NCBI GenBank assembly: GCA_007376385.1
Contig: VMGC01000001.1
Coordinates: 320,001 to 384,000, forward strand
DNA length: 64,000 nt
DNA from: Parcubacteria group bacterium Gr01-1014_8
Lineage (GTDB): Bacteria > Patescibacteriota > Minisyncoccia > Phycocordibacterales > UBA2100
Direction: 5' to 3'
The notes below the pieces were generated by a model that worked only from the letters and a program-made list of their open reading frames with translations, did not search any database and was not told where the DNA came from. Within the stretch, counting starts at the first letter, position 1; each line of letters opens with the position of its first letter. This document shows positions 53,983 through 63,607 of this stretch, piece after piece. The position numbers and the translations under genes are program-made.

Positions 53983-55158
53983 ATGAAGTTCAGACTGAGT
54001 GTCTATATATGGCCTATTATCGCTGCGGCAGCGTTGCTCGGGGGCGCCTTTTTCTACGTTAATTTTTCCTCGCGTGCTGAAGCTGCAGCCATAGTCGAAA
54101 CATGTAAAAAGGAGCCAGACAACATGTTCTGTTACGAACGCGAAGTGCCGAAGCTGTATTCTTCTTACTCGATCCCGGAACTATTTGAATTCATCCGCGA
54201 GATCCGTCGTCTCGATCCGTCGTATCAGTTTTGCCATGTACTTGCGCATAAGCTCGGCGAAGAGGCCGTTGCAGAAGACCCGTCGCGCTGGCTGGATATG
54301 ATCCCTCTGAACCCGCGTGATGGAATGTGCAGCAACGGATTCATTCATGGCGTCATCGTAGGCAGGTTTCGCAATGACACGCTCGACAAGGAAACGCTCG
54401 AGAAAACGATACCTGATCTTGCGAGGGCGTGCGAACCGCGGGCGAACTGGTCTCCCAGTTCGTTGGACCAAGCGATTTGCTATCACGGCATGGGCCACCT
54501 TTTTATGTTCATAACGAACGCTGACATGCGGCTCTCGCTGGATACGTGCGCACGCATATCGCGAAGTGCAACTGGGGATTTTATGCGCGTCTGCCGAGAA
54601 GGCGTATTCATGCAAACATATCAGCCGCTTGAGCCGGACGATTTTGCTCTGCTAGAATTACTTCCTGAAAAACCGACGAAAGAAAATTACCGGCGCTTAT
54701 GCGCAGCGTACGCGAACGATCCAGAAGAAGGAGCGTGTCTTCGGGAAGCGTGGCCGTTCTTCCGCACCGACATTCTTAAAGGAACTGGTGCCATCAGTTT
54801 TTGCTCAGGACAACCAACCAAGGAGGAGGAAGAGATGTGCTACGAATCGGCTTCAACTATCATAGGAAGACAGCTTCTCGGGAACGATGAAAAAGCAAGT
54901 GCGGCGTGTGATGCTCTTCCTCAGAAATGGCAGAGCATATGCTACATTGCGGCTGCTCAAGCACTGCTGGAAGAAGATAGGGCGACGGGGAAGGCTGCAA
55001 TTTCTCTCTGCGAGAGAGGAAAGAATGGTGTTGCTGATACCTGCTTAAAGACACTTGCGATGCGAGCAAACTGGATATTTTCAAGCGGTGCAGCGGAAAA
55101 GGACGCATTTTGCGAGGCATTGCCGCGATTCAAGGAGGAGTGCGATCGGCGGCGCTAA
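53983..55158 (+). CDS. Exported Cys/His-rich protein, family member P9
   Basis: Motifs FCHVLAHKLG, MCSNGFIHGV, ICYHGMGHLF and VCREGVFMQT. Confidence 0.65.
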   Translation: MKFRLSVYIWPIIAAAALLGGAFFYVNFSSRAEAAAIVETCKKEPDNMFCYEREVPKLYSSYSIPELFEFIREIRRLDPSYQFCHVLAHKLGEEAVAEDPSRWLDMIPLNPRDGMCSNGFIHGVIVGRFRNDTLDKETLEKTIPDLARACEPRANWSPSSLDQAICYHGMGHLFMFITNADMRLSLDTCARISRSATGDFMRVCREGVFMQTYQPLEPDDFALLELLPEKPTKENYRRLCAAYANDPEEGACLREAWPFFRTDILKGTGAISFCSGQPTKEEEEMCYESASTIIGRQLLGNDEKASAACDALPQKWQSICYIAAAQALLEEDRATGKAAISLCERGKNGVADTCLKTLAMRANWIFSSGAAEKDAFCEALPRFKEECDRRR

Positions 55159-55183
55159 ATTCCGCGTATAGTATAATCTACCC

Positions 55184-56233
55184 ATGCAGCGTCTGTTGCA
55201 TTTTCTTTCCTACAACAACGCGGTCCCGATAGCTGTCTCCATAGTCTTCTTAGGAGGCACCGCGACGTTTGCCGCAACTAATCCGGAAGCCATCTTTGAT
55301 TCGGAGCAGTCTGTTCTCTCGATTGACAATACGTACATCGCAAATAAGGATCTTTCGGGTTATACGCCCACGATAGAGATACTTGGTGTCACCGAAGACT
55401 CGGAGAAATACTATGTCTCATACCGTTTGACGACCATTGATGTCGTAGACGCAATGTGGCGCGATGTTACAGAAAATGGGGTTCTCGAAGTCGCAAAGCC
55501 TGTTCTCGGACAATATGGCGATTTGGGTTTATATGCCACCGAACAATTCAAGCAATTAGTTGACCATGAGATAGCATACCTAAAAGAGGTCCAAGAAATA
55601 GAAAGAAAACAAGTTACTCCGAAAATTGTTGCAACAAGTTATAGCGGGTTGGTAGGGAAGTTGCTCGATGATAAAACTGAAACTCTGCCGGGATACACTC
55701 CGGTAGTGACGCCGCCTCCTATTGTTGTCGAGAACGTCTCTGCACCGGATACGAGCGGTCAAGTTGCAGGCGCATCAACGTCAGCAGTACCAACTTTAAG
55801 CATGCCGGTTATACAGATACTTGGGCCCAATCCGCATGAAATACCTGTCGGAGCAAATTTTGCCGATCTTGGCGTTGTTGTGAGCGATGACTCCGGATAT
55901 ATTCCCACCGTAAAGACGTTTGTGGATGGAACATTGTACGAGAGATCTCCTGTCACGGTTGATACGTCAAAGCCGCGCGAGTGGCACATACGGTACGAAG
56001 CGACTGACACAGATGGCAATATCGCGACTGCCGAGCGTCTCGTCATCGTTAAAGATCCCTTTGTTTCTCAGTCTGCACCGGAGTCTTCTGTCGCTTCGAG
56101 TACCTCGACGACGACTGAACCAACCGCCGCGAGCGAACCTCCTCCAGGATCTATTCCGATCTCTCCACCCGAATCGGCTCCAGATGCAGGGCAGACTTCT
56201 GCGACGACAACAACCGCGACCACAACGCCATGA
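55184..56233 (+). CDS. Secreted protein with DUF5011-like bacterial Ig-like domain and Ser/Thr/Pro-rich C-terminal tail
   Basis: Signal-like N-terminus. MPVIQILGPNPHEIPVGANFADLGVVVSDDSGYIPTVKTFVDGTL...YEATDTDGNIATAERLVIV matches the DUF5011 pattern (P-I-L-G-N, V-G-Y-D-G-A-D, T-D-GN). Tail SSTSTTTEPTAASEPPPGS...TTTATTTP. Confidence 0.55.
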   Translation: MQRLLHFLSYNNAVPIAVSIVFLGGTATFAATNPEAIFDSEQSVLSIDNTYIANKDLSGYTPTIEILGVTEDSEKYYVSYRLTTIDVVDAMWRDVTENGVLEVAKPVLGQYGDLGLYATEQFKQLVDHEIAYLKEVQEIERKQVTPKIVATSYSGLVGKLLDDKTETLPGYTPVVTPPPIVVENVSAPDTSGQVAGASTSAVPTLSMPVIQILGPNPHEIPVGANFADLGVVVSDDSGYIPTVKTFVDGTLYERSPVTVDTSKPREWHIRYEATDTDGNIATAERLVIVKDPFVSQSAPESSVASSTSTTTEPTAASEPPPGSIPISPPESAPDAGQTSATTTTATTTP

Positions 56234-56283
56234 CCGATACTTATCCCCTGTAATAATATTTCTTCCGTGGTATTCTCATCGCC

Positions 56284-56370
56284 ATGTCAGTAAAAATTGC
56301 CATTAATGGATTTAGAAGGACCCCAAAGGAAAGCGTAGCTTCCTACGGGGCGGGACTCATTTCAAATTAA
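56284..56370 (+). other. 28-codon mini-ORF mimicking the GAPDH N-terminus (MSVKIAINGFRRT...), 20 nt upstream of gap
   Basis: aaaattgccattaatggatttagaagga compared with the gap start aaaatagcgattaatggttttggaaggatagg. Contains the hairpin cgtag-cttc-ctacg. Confidence 0.2.
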
Positions 56371-56390
56371 CGAATTACAAATTTTAAAAT

Positions 56391-57398
56391 ATGGCAGCCA
56401 AAATAGCGATTAATGGTTTTGGAAGGATAGGAAGAGGTTTTTTAAGAGCGGTGCACGGTCGTCCTGAAATGGAAGTAATTGCCATTAATGACCTGGGGAC
56501 GCCGGAAAATCTGGCATATCTTTTGAAATATGACAGTGTCTACGGTCGCGCCAAATTTGAAGTGAAAGCGGGGGAAAAGGCGATCATCGTAGATGGTAAA
56601 TCGATTCCGGTGATCGGAGAAAGGGAGGTAGCGAATTTACCCTGGAAAAGCATGGGTATTGATATTGTCGTTGAATCAACGGGTCTTTTTACTGAAGCAG
56701 AAAAAGCAAAAATGCATCTCTCTGCCGGTGCGAAGCGCGTAGTCATCAGCGCTCCAGGCAAAGGAGAGGGTATTGATACGATACTCATCGGCGCGAATGA
56801 GGAGAAGTTTGGCAAGTCCGAAATCACATCCAACGCCTCATGTACGACGAACGCTGCGTCGCCTCTCATAGGAGTTCTTCTCGAATCTATCGGCATTGAA
56901 CGCGCGGTTTTGAATACGACGCATGCATACACGGCAAGTCAAAGTCTCGTCGATGGCGGCAAAGCCAAGGATATGCGCGAGCAGCGTGCTGCGGCGCAGA
57001 ACATGGTACCGACATCGACCGGTGCCGCAAAAGCAACGGCGCTCGCATATCCCTCTCTCAAAAATAAATTTGACGGTATTTCGGTGCGCGTTCCAGTGCC
57101 TGCTGGTTCAATAGTCGACGTGACGTTCGTACCGACGCGTCCTACAACGACCGACGAGGTGAATGATATTCTTAAAAAGGCTGCTGCGAGCGATCGCTGG
57201 AAGCGCGTCTTTGCTGTAAGCGAGGAGCCACTTGTCTCATCTGACATTCTCGGACTCCCGTACGGTGCTATAGCAGATCTAAGTATGACGCGTGTTGTTG
57301 ACGGGACGCTCGTAAAAGTAATGGCTTGGTACGACAACGAAATGGGATATTGCTACACGCTTGTGGAGCATGTCGCCGAAGTCGCGAAGCACTTGTAG
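56391..57398 (+). CDS. gap: Glyceraldehyde-3-phosphate dehydrogenase (type I)
   Basis: MAAKIAINGFGRIGRGFLRA, the catalytic SNASCTTNA and WYDNEMGY; 335 aa. Confidence 0.9.
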   Translation: MAAKIAINGFGRIGRGFLRAVHGRPEMEVIAINDLGTPENLAYLLKYDSVYGRAKFEVKAGEKAIIVDGKSIPVIGEREVANLPWKSMGIDIVVESTGLFTEAEKAKMHLSAGAKRVVISAPGKGEGIDTILIGANEEKFGKSEITSNASCTTNAASPLIGVLLESIGIERAVLNTTHAYTASQSLVDGGKAKDMREQRAAAQNMVPTSTGAAKATALAYPSLKNKFDGISVRVPVPAGSIVDVTFVPTRPTTTDEVNDILKKAAASDRWKRVFAVSEEPLVSSDILGLPYGAIADLSMTRVVDGTLVKVMAWYDNEMGYCYTLVEHVAEVAKHL

Positions 57399-57399
57399 C

Positions 57400-57891
57400 A
57401 TGCGTGTTTATCTCGCCACAGATCACGGCGGATTTGAACTCAAAAATAAACTTGTAGAGTTTATTACAACCCTCGGTCATGAGGCGGAGGATTGCGGCGC
57501 GTTTGTGAACGATCCGCATGACGACTATCCGGCGCTTATCGCCGCGGCTGCAAAAAAACTCAGAGACGACGTCGCAAAAAACATTGATAGCCGTGCAATC
57601 GTGATCGGGGGCTCGGGACAGGGGGAGGCGATCGTCGCCAATCGGTTCAAGGGAGTTCGTTGCGCACTCTACTATGGACCTGCGCAACGCGCGCAAACAG
57701 ATATGAGCGGGAAAGAGTTGGATATGCTCACATCAACTCGGGAGCACAACAACGCGAACGCTCTCTCTATTGGGGCGCGATTTCTTTCCGAACAGGAAGT
57801 AAAGGCCGCTGTTCTGAAATGGCTCTCGACGCCGTTTCCGGGAGAAGAACGTCATGTGCGCCGCGTAAAGCAAATTGATGAACAAAATTGA
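57400..57891 (+). CDS. rpiB: Ribose-5-phosphate isomerase B (RpiB/LacAB family)
   Basis: Start at MRVYLATDHGGFELK, 1 nt after the gap stop. Motifs GGSGQGEAIVANRFKGVRCAL. Confidence 0.8.
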   Translation: MRVYLATDHGGFELKNKLVEFITTLGHEAEDCGAFVNDPHDDYPALIAAAAKKLRDDVAKNIDSRAIVIGGSGQGEAIVANRFKGVRCALYYGPAQRAQTDMSGKELDMLTSTREHNNANALSIGARFLSEQEVKAAVLKWLSTPFPGEERHVRRVKQIDEQN

Positions 57892-57927
57892 CCTCGTGAG
57901 AAAAACACATGAACGTCGGCGCAACAT

Positions 57928-58638
57928 ATGAATAAGCCGAAAAAACAAAGCTCGCAAGAAAAATCGGGGCTATTTTCTCATGGGGTTGAGATCATCCCAA
58001 CCGTTGTTCCTGCGTCACTCGATGATGTTGTGAACGCTCGCGCAAAAAATCACTTTGCGTCCGGTCTTCATATCGATGCGGCTGACGGCTCGTTTGCGCC
58101 GAACACGACCTGGGTACCGAATCCAGAAGAAAAGATCCCCGACGCTGGTACTTCCGTGTATGAAGCGCACCTTATGGTTGATAACCCGTTGTCCACCGGT
58201 CTCGCCTTTGTTCGCGCTGGTGTAAAGCGCATCATCGGGCACGTCGAGGCGTTTTCAAACGCCGAATCGGCGCGCGAGGCTCTCCACATGTGGAAAAAAG
58301 CAGGGGCGAGTGAAGCGGGACTCGGTGTCTTATTGGATACGCCGCTCGATTCCCTTGAACCGTATCTCGAGTTTTGCGACGTGGTTCTTTTTATGTCTAT
58401 CGCAACAATAGGCGTACAGGGCATTCCATTTGACGAGAGAGGAATAGGGCGGGTCAAAGAATTCCACAAAAAGAATCCGCGCATCACTATTGCGGTAGAC
58501 GGAGGCGTCTCCGAAAAGAATATAAAAAAGTTCGCTCGCGCGGGCGCTACACGTTTTTCTGTCGGCTCTGCCCTCGTAAAGAGCGAAGATCCTGTTGGGA
58601 TGTATAACAAGCTGCACCATCTCGTCGGTACACAGTAA
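57928..58638 (+). CDS. rpe: Ribulose-phosphate 3-epimerase
   Basis: LHIDAADGSFAPNTTW and AVDGGVS are the Rpe signature; TIM-barrel size. Confidence 0.8.
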   Translation: MNKPKKQSSQEKSGLFSHGVEIIPTVVPASLDDVVNARAKNHFASGLHIDAADGSFAPNTTWVPNPEEKIPDAGTSVYEAHLMVDNPLSTGLAFVRAGVKRIIGHVEAFSNAESAREALHMWKKAGASEAGLGVLLDTPLDSLEPYLEFCDVVLFMSIATIGVQGIPFDERGIGRVKEFHKKNPRITIAVDGGVSEKNIKKFARAGATRFSVGSALVKSEDPVGMYNKLHHLVGTQ

Positions 58639-58775
58639 CCCGTTGACAATTCATACATGGCGCAGTAGCCTTGCACTATCATGGTTCGAGGCGCACTAAA
58701 TTTCTTTGGTTTTTGGTTTTATGAGCTCTCACTCGAGAGTTCGTTTGCGCGATCGTAAAAAAGATACGATACCGA

Positions 58776-58803
58776 AAACGAGCCCTCGAGAGAGGGCTCG
58801 TTT
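58776..58803 (+). terminator. Candidate intrinsic terminator after rpe (12-bp perfect stem aaacgagccctc/gagggctcgttt, weak T-tail)
   Basis: Read directly. The stem is GC-rich, and the 3' side ends in cgttt and is followed by agc. Confidence 0.35.
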
Positions 58804-58825
58804 AGCAAGAGCATAACCATAACCC

Positions 58826-59266
58826 ATGAACTTACTTCTTATCCATGGACCTAATCTGAATCGTTTTGGAGAGCGTGATGCGGCGCAATACGGTTCTGTT
58901 ACATTCGCACAAATCGAATCTCTTGTCGTTGATGAGACGAAGAAGCTGGGACACGGCGTAAAGAAATTTCAGTCAAATCACGAAGGTGCTCTCATTGATT
59001 TTCTGCAAGCAGAAAGCAAGAATGCGCACGGAATCATCATTAATCCGGGCGCTCTCTCCCACTACAGTTACGCTCTGTACGATGCGCTTGTCGATACGAA
59101 ATTGCCGGTCGTTGAGGTACACCTCTCAGACATCAAATCCCGGGAAGCGTGGAGACGAATCTCCGTAACTGCTCCTGCCTGCATCGCTCAAATTTCGGGA
59201 AAAAAGGAAGCGGGGTACAGCGAAGCTGTAGCGGTCTTGCATCAGCACCTTTCAAAACAAGTATGA
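58826..59266 (+). CDS. aroQ: 3-dehydroquinate dehydratase, type II
   Basis: LLLIHGPNLNRFGERDAAQYG...QSNHEGALIDFLQ...IIINPGALSHYSYALYDA. Confidence 0.85.
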   Translation: MNLLLIHGPNLNRFGERDAAQYGSVTFAQIESLVVDETKKLGHGVKKFQSNHEGALIDFLQAESKNAHGIIINPGALSHYSYALYDALVDTKLPVVEVHLSDIKSREAWRRISVTAPACIAQISGKKEAGYSEAVAVLHQHLSKQV

Positions 59267-60078
59267 CGGAAACAAAGAAACGAACCGCTGTTGTAGGGCA
59301 TCCAATTGCCCATAGTCTCAGTCCGCTCCTGCATAATGCAATTTATGAACGAGAACGAATTGATGCGGAAATGTTTCGCTACGACGAGACCGATATTGTT
59401 TCCTTTGTTTCTACGGTACGCGAAGAGCCGCTTCATTTGGTCGCAGTAACTCTTCCTCATAAACAAAGTGTCATTCCGCTTCTTGACGAGGTAGACCATG
59501 TTGCCTCGGAAATTGGTTCTGTAAATACCATCATAAATCGAGAGGGTATGTTGAAAGGGTCAAATACTGACTTCCTCGGAATTGCAACGTCGCTGGAAGA
59601 TCTCCCGCTCGAACACAAGAATGTACTTGTTCTCGGTGCAGGAGGCGCGGCACAACCAGTCGCGTATTATCTGCGTCAACAAAAAGCAGATCTGTATTGT
59701 TTCAACAGGGATGTTGAAAAGGCGCGAGAACTTTGCGAACGATTTGGCGGTACGCCAGTTGTGAATATAGATGATGTGAAAAATGTGGAATTTCGGCTCA
59801 TCATCAACGCGACGCCGCTTGGACTCAATAGCAGCGATACTTTGCCGATCCCTGAAGAGTTTTTGCACCCAGGCATGACTGTGTTTGATCTCATCTACAC
59901 ACCCACGAAATTGCAGGATATCGCAAAACGAAAAGGAGCGAATGTCATTTCAGGGTTAGGGATGTTTGTTGCGCAAGGCTTAGAGCAAGAGAAGCGCTGG
60001 CTCGGTAGAGAAATTGTCGATCCTGGGTATACTGCGCTACTTCGGGCGGAACTTGAGAAAAATAATGCACTAAATTAA
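59263..60078 (+). CDS. aroE: Shikimate dehydrogenase
   Basis: Start at MTETKKRTAVVGHPIAHSLSP (ATGA overlap with aroQ). Motifs SPLLHNA, VTLPHKQ, NTI and the NAD site GAGGAA. Confidence 0.8.
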   Translation: MTETKKRTAVVGHPIAHSLSPLLHNAIYERERIDAEMFRYDETDIVSFVSTVREEPLHLVAVTLPHKQSVIPLLDEVDHVASEIGSVNTIINREGMLKGSNTDFLGIATSLEDLPLEHKNVLVLGAGGAAQPVAYYLRQQKADLYCFNRDVEKARELCERFGGTPVVNIDDVKNVEFRLIINATPLGLNSSDTLPIPEEFLHPGMTVFDLIYTPTKLQDIAKRKGANVISGLGMFVAQGLEQEKRWLGREIVDPGYTALLRAELEKNNALN

Positions 60079-60082
60079 TAAT

Positions 60083-61141
60083 ATGACAACGGAAGAAACA
60101 ATGAACGTACGCGTCATCAAAAAGATGCCCTCGGCAGATGAGATGATCGCAGCGCATCCCATTTCAGATAAGGGGTTAGCTCGCGTTGAACAAGACCGAA
60201 AAGAAATAGCAGATATTCTTTCTGGGCGCGACAGCAGACTTCTTTTTATTGTCGGTCCATGTTCTGCCTGGCCGGAGGGGGCAGTCATCGAATATGCAAA
60301 GAGGCTCAAGAAACTTTCCGACAAAGTTAGAGATAAACTTAAACTCGTGATGCGTGTGTACATTCAAAAGCCTCGCACTATTCGTGGTTGGCTGGGGCCG
60401 GTAAATCAAGTTGATCCATACACGGAACCGGACATCGCGCTTGGCGCCGCGTATTGCAGAGATATGATGGTACAGATAGTAGAGATGGGGCTTCCCGTAG
60501 CGGATGAAGCGCTGTTTACTCACAACGCGAGGGGATTTGCAGAACTATTGTCGTGGATGGCTATCGGGGCTCGTAGCGTCGAGGATCAAGAACACCGCAT
60601 CTTTGCCTCCGGCGCACGTTGTCCTGTCGGCATGAAAAACAACACATCCGGCTCCATAGAGGTAGCAGTGAACGGTATCGTCGCCGCGCAACACCCGCAT
60701 CACGCTGTCGTTGATGGATATCAGGTAGAGACGAAGGGAAATGCCCTTGCGCATCTCGTATTGCGAGGAGGAGAAAAGGGTTCAAATTACGGCCCGGAGC
60801 ATATTCAAGAGGCAAACGCGCTCCTAAAGAAGCACAAAGTGAAGAATCCCTCCATCATCATTGATGTAAGCCATGAGAACTGCCGCGTGAACGGCGTAAA
60901 GGAGCCTACAAGACAGGGACAGGTCGTAAAAGAAGTTCTCTCCATCATGCGCGTCAATCCAGAATATAAGGCTTTGGTGAAGGGGTTCATGATGGAGAGT
61001 TTTATCAAAGAGGGATGTCAAAAGATCGAAAGTAAAACTGCCGAAACGATCGATAAAAGCGGACTTTCAATAACCGACCCTTGCGTCGGATGGGACGCAA
61101 CAGAAAAACTACTGTGCGAGGTGGCAAAAGAATATGTCTAA
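60083..61141 (+). CDS. 3-deoxy-7-phosphoheptulonate (DAHP) synthase, class I
   Basis: LLFIVGPCSAWPEGAVIEYAKRL...LVMRVYIQKPRTIRGWLG...IIDVSHENC. Confidence 0.85.
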   Translation: MTTEETMNVRVIKKMPSADEMIAAHPISDKGLARVEQDRKEIADILSGRDSRLLFIVGPCSAWPEGAVIEYAKRLKKLSDKVRDKLKLVMRVYIQKPRTIRGWLGPVNQVDPYTEPDIALGAAYCRDMMVQIVEMGLPVADEALFTHNARGFAELLSWMAIGARSVEDQEHRIFASGARCPVGMKNNTSGSIEVAVNGIVAAQHPHHAVVDGYQVETKGNALAHLVLRGGEKGSNYGPEHIQEANALLKKHKVKNPSIIIDVSHENCRVNGVKEPTRQGQVVKEVLSIMRVNPEYKALVKGFMMESFIKEGCQKIESKTAETIDKSGLSITDPCVGWDATEKLLCEVAKEYV

Positions 61142-62240
61142 ACGCATACAGCGAATTCAGGTGAAAACCGCTTACGCTTCGTATCCAATAGTAATTGGAA
61201 TGAATATCGAGCGGGAATTGGTGAATGTAGTAAAAAAAGAGGGAGCAAATCGCCGTGTAGCAGTCATTTCGGATGGTACGGTTGCGCGGCTCATCGCTAC
61301 GCGGATTGTTTCAGTTCTGAAAAAGAATGGTCTTAAAACAGAGCTCTTTACGTTTCCTGCGGGTGAAAAAAACAAAAACCAGCAGATTGTTACAAAGCTT
61401 CAGCACGCAATGCTGAAAAGAAAATATGGTCGAGACTCTCTTATTGTTGCGCTTGGCGGAGGAGTTACGGGTGACATGGCAGGATTCGTCGCTGCCACAT
61501 ACATGCGCGGTATTCCGTACATTCAAGTACCGACGACACTGCTTGCGATGGTAGATAGTTCCGTCGGAGGAAAGGTAGGCATTGATACGCCATTTGGGAA
61601 AAACACGGTGGGAGCTTTTTGGCAGCCGAAGGCAGTCATTGCGGACGCTGCGCACTTACGGCATCTGTCTCGAAAAGAATTAATAAGCGGATTGATAGAG
61701 GCAGTCAAGACGTTCTTTACTTCGGACAGACACATGCTTGCTGTCGCACAAAGGTTGGATCTGGATGATCCGTTCAGAACAGCAAACGAGCTTCAAGCGA
61801 TCATTTATCGGTCGATTTCAATCAAAGCTGCCATTATAGGTCGTGATGAACGCGAGTCAGCGGAGCGTCTTGTTGTTAATTTCGGGCACACGATCGGACA
61901 TGCGATTGAACTTCTGTCTGAATTCCGTATGCCGCATGGATATGCTGTCGGGTACGGCATTCTTGTAGAGAGCAAAATTGCAGAACTTCTCGGAACGATC
62001 TCATCCGATGAATATGTAAGTATCCGTGATCATTTAAAGCGTTTCGGTATCACGAAAGCGCCTCTTTCAAAATTTTCCATCGCGCGCGTATTGCATGTTG
62101 CTAAGACAGATAAGAAGAGTAAAAGCGGCGTTCCACACTATGTTCTTCTCTCGTCCATTGGCTCGGTGTATACAAAAGGAGGAGTGTACGCGTACCCCGT
62201 GAAGGAATCTATCGTTAGGAAGGCATATAGAACTGTATGA
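61134..62240 (+). CDS. aroB: 3-dehydroquinate synthase
   Basis: LIVALGGGVTGDMAGFVAATYMRGIPYIQVPTTLLAMVDSSVGGK...NFGHTIGHAIE. Confidence 0.85.
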   Translation: MSKRIQRIQVKTAYASYPIVIGMNIERELVNVVKKEGANRRVAVISDGTVARLIATRIVSVLKKNGLKTELFTFPAGEKNKNQQIVTKLQHAMLKRKYGRDSLIVALGGGVTGDMAGFVAATYMRGIPYIQVPTTLLAMVDSSVGGKVGIDTPFGKNTVGAFWQPKAVIADAAHLRHLSRKELISGLIEAVKTFFTSDRHMLAVAQRLDLDDPFRTANELQAIIYRSISIKAAIIGRDERESAERLVVNFGHTIGHAIELLSEFRMPHGYAVGYGILVESKIAELLGTISSDEYVSIRDHLKRFGITKAPLSKFSIARVLHVAKTDKKSKSGVPHYVLLSSIGSVYTKGGVYAYPVKESIVRKAYRTV

Positions 62241-62674
62241 AAGAGCGCGAGGTAACAGAGCGAGGCCAATATGTATTGCGTCTCATCAAGGATGAGGACG
62301 TTTTGCTGACGCTCGAGGATTTCTGCGCGCGAAAAGGGATTTTGTCTGGTTCTTTTAGGGCGATAGGTGCTGTGAAAGAGGCGAAGATAGGATACTACGA
62401 CCTGGCGTCAAAAAAGTACGGCTCAAAAGTGTATCTAGACGAAATGGAAGTTGCTTCAATGACGGGTAACGTCGCACAGGTCGACGGTAAACCATTCATA
62501 CATGTTCACGCGGTACTCTCCGGCATGAAGCCAGGCTCGGAGAATCAGCCGGTCGCCGGGCATGTTTTCGAAGCGATTGTAGCTGTAACGCTTGAAGTGC
62601 AGCTAACCGCGTTCAATGAGAATATCTCACGCGAATTTGACGATGATATAGGTCTCAAGTTGCTTAATATATAA
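62237..62674 (+). CDS. PPC/DUF296-domain protein (PD1-like putative DNA-binding)
   Basis: GYYDL...EVASMTGNVA...GKPFIHVHAVL...AGHVFEAIVAVTLEVQL matches the PCC/PPC domain pattern. Confidence 0.6.
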   Translation: MKEREVTERGQYVLRLIKDEDVLLTLEDFCARKGILSGSFRAIGAVKEAKIGYYDLASKKYGSKVYLDEMEVASMTGNVAQVDGKPFIHVHAVLSGMKPGSENQPVAGHVFEAIVAVTLEVQLTAFNENISREFDDDIGLKLLNI

Positions 62675-62725
62675 CGTCAGTCTTTTTCCATCGGGGGCAT
62701 TGGGAATATACTATATACTGCTTCA

Positions 62726-62977
62726 ATGTATCCTGATCCAAGTCCTGTATCTTTACAGTCCGTGCTTGCGATGCCAGCGCGTAGTCTCGTTAAATTGGGA
62801 ATTGCGGGGAGTGAGAAAACGGCGTATATACTTATCGTTTTTGTTGTCAGTGCGGCGCTTTTTTTGTTCATTTTTGTCCATAAGAAACCCGATGTACCTT
62901 CAGTCCCGAACCTTGTAAGCGAGCGAGCGCCGCAGCTTCCCGCGCCCATAAAAAAAGCAGGCACGCAAGCCAATTAA
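62726..62977 (+). CDS. Small single-TM protein of unknown function
   Basis: 83-aa ORF with the TM helix ILIVFVVSAALFLFIFV, directly upstream of the pseudopilin gene. Not homology-supported. Confidence 0.3.
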   Translation: MYPDPSPVSLQSVLAMPARSLVKLGIAGSEKTAYILIVFVVSAALFLFIFVHKKPDVPSVPNLVSERAPQLPAPIKKAGTQAN

Positions 62978-62984
62978 CCATGCG

Positions 62985-63527
62985 ATGAAAACTTCACGAG
63001 GGTTCACTCTTATCGAATTGCTAGTGGTCATTGCAATTATCGGGATCCTTTCTTCTGTCGTACTCGCGGCTCTGAACCAGGCACGTATTAAGGCTCGGAA
63101 TGCCCGTCGTGCTTCTGATCTCAAGCAATTACAGACAGCTCTTGAGTTGTATAATTCAGACAATAGCCACTACCCGTTCACTTCGGCGTCCGCGTATGAA
63201 TATCGAAGCACATGCTCAGGTCAAAGCTGGTGGGGAGGCTCATATGCACCGCAAGATGTCATTCCAGGCCTTGTCCCTGTCTACATCCCGGCAATGCCGC
63301 TTGAGCCTTCTGGCGGTATCGGTTCAAGCTGTTGTTATATCTACGGTGTTGCACCTGGCGGTACTGATTATAAACTGCTCGATTTCAATTGCGCCGAGAT
63401 CGATTACATGGGCTACCCAGGTCTTGTCGACGTGAATAGAGACGGAGGACCAAATACCTGTATCCTTGACGGGTCCGCACCGTGGGCGTGGGCTGTTTAT
63501 TCGGGGGAGGGATCGAAATGCATGTGA
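62985..63527 (+). CDS. Type IV pilin-like protein (prepilin N-terminal cleavage/methylation domain)
   Basis: MKTSRGFTLIELLVVIAIIGILSSVVLAAL is the classic class-III signal (G|FTLIE). Confidence 0.85.
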   Translation: MKTSRGFTLIELLVVIAIIGILSSVVLAALNQARIKARNARRASDLKQLQTALELYNSDNSHYPFTSASAYEYRSTCSGQSWWGGSYAPQDVIPGLVPVYIPAMPLEPSGGIGSSCCYIYGVAPGGTDYKLLDFNCAEIDYMGYPGLVDVNRDGGPNTCILDGSAPWAWAVYSGEGSKCM

Positions 63528-63607
63528 ATCACCGTTGACTCGAAGTTTCGATGACATCGGTATGAGCTTTTCTCCATGCCCATAAAGCGTTAGAATGGCG
63601 CATTGCT

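Noticed and set aside
58639-58700. sigma70-type promoter at ttgaca (58644) upstream of aroQ
   Set aside because: A perfect -35 hexamer is present, but the best -10 at the right spacing (tagcct) is poor, so it is not confident enough to list as a feature.
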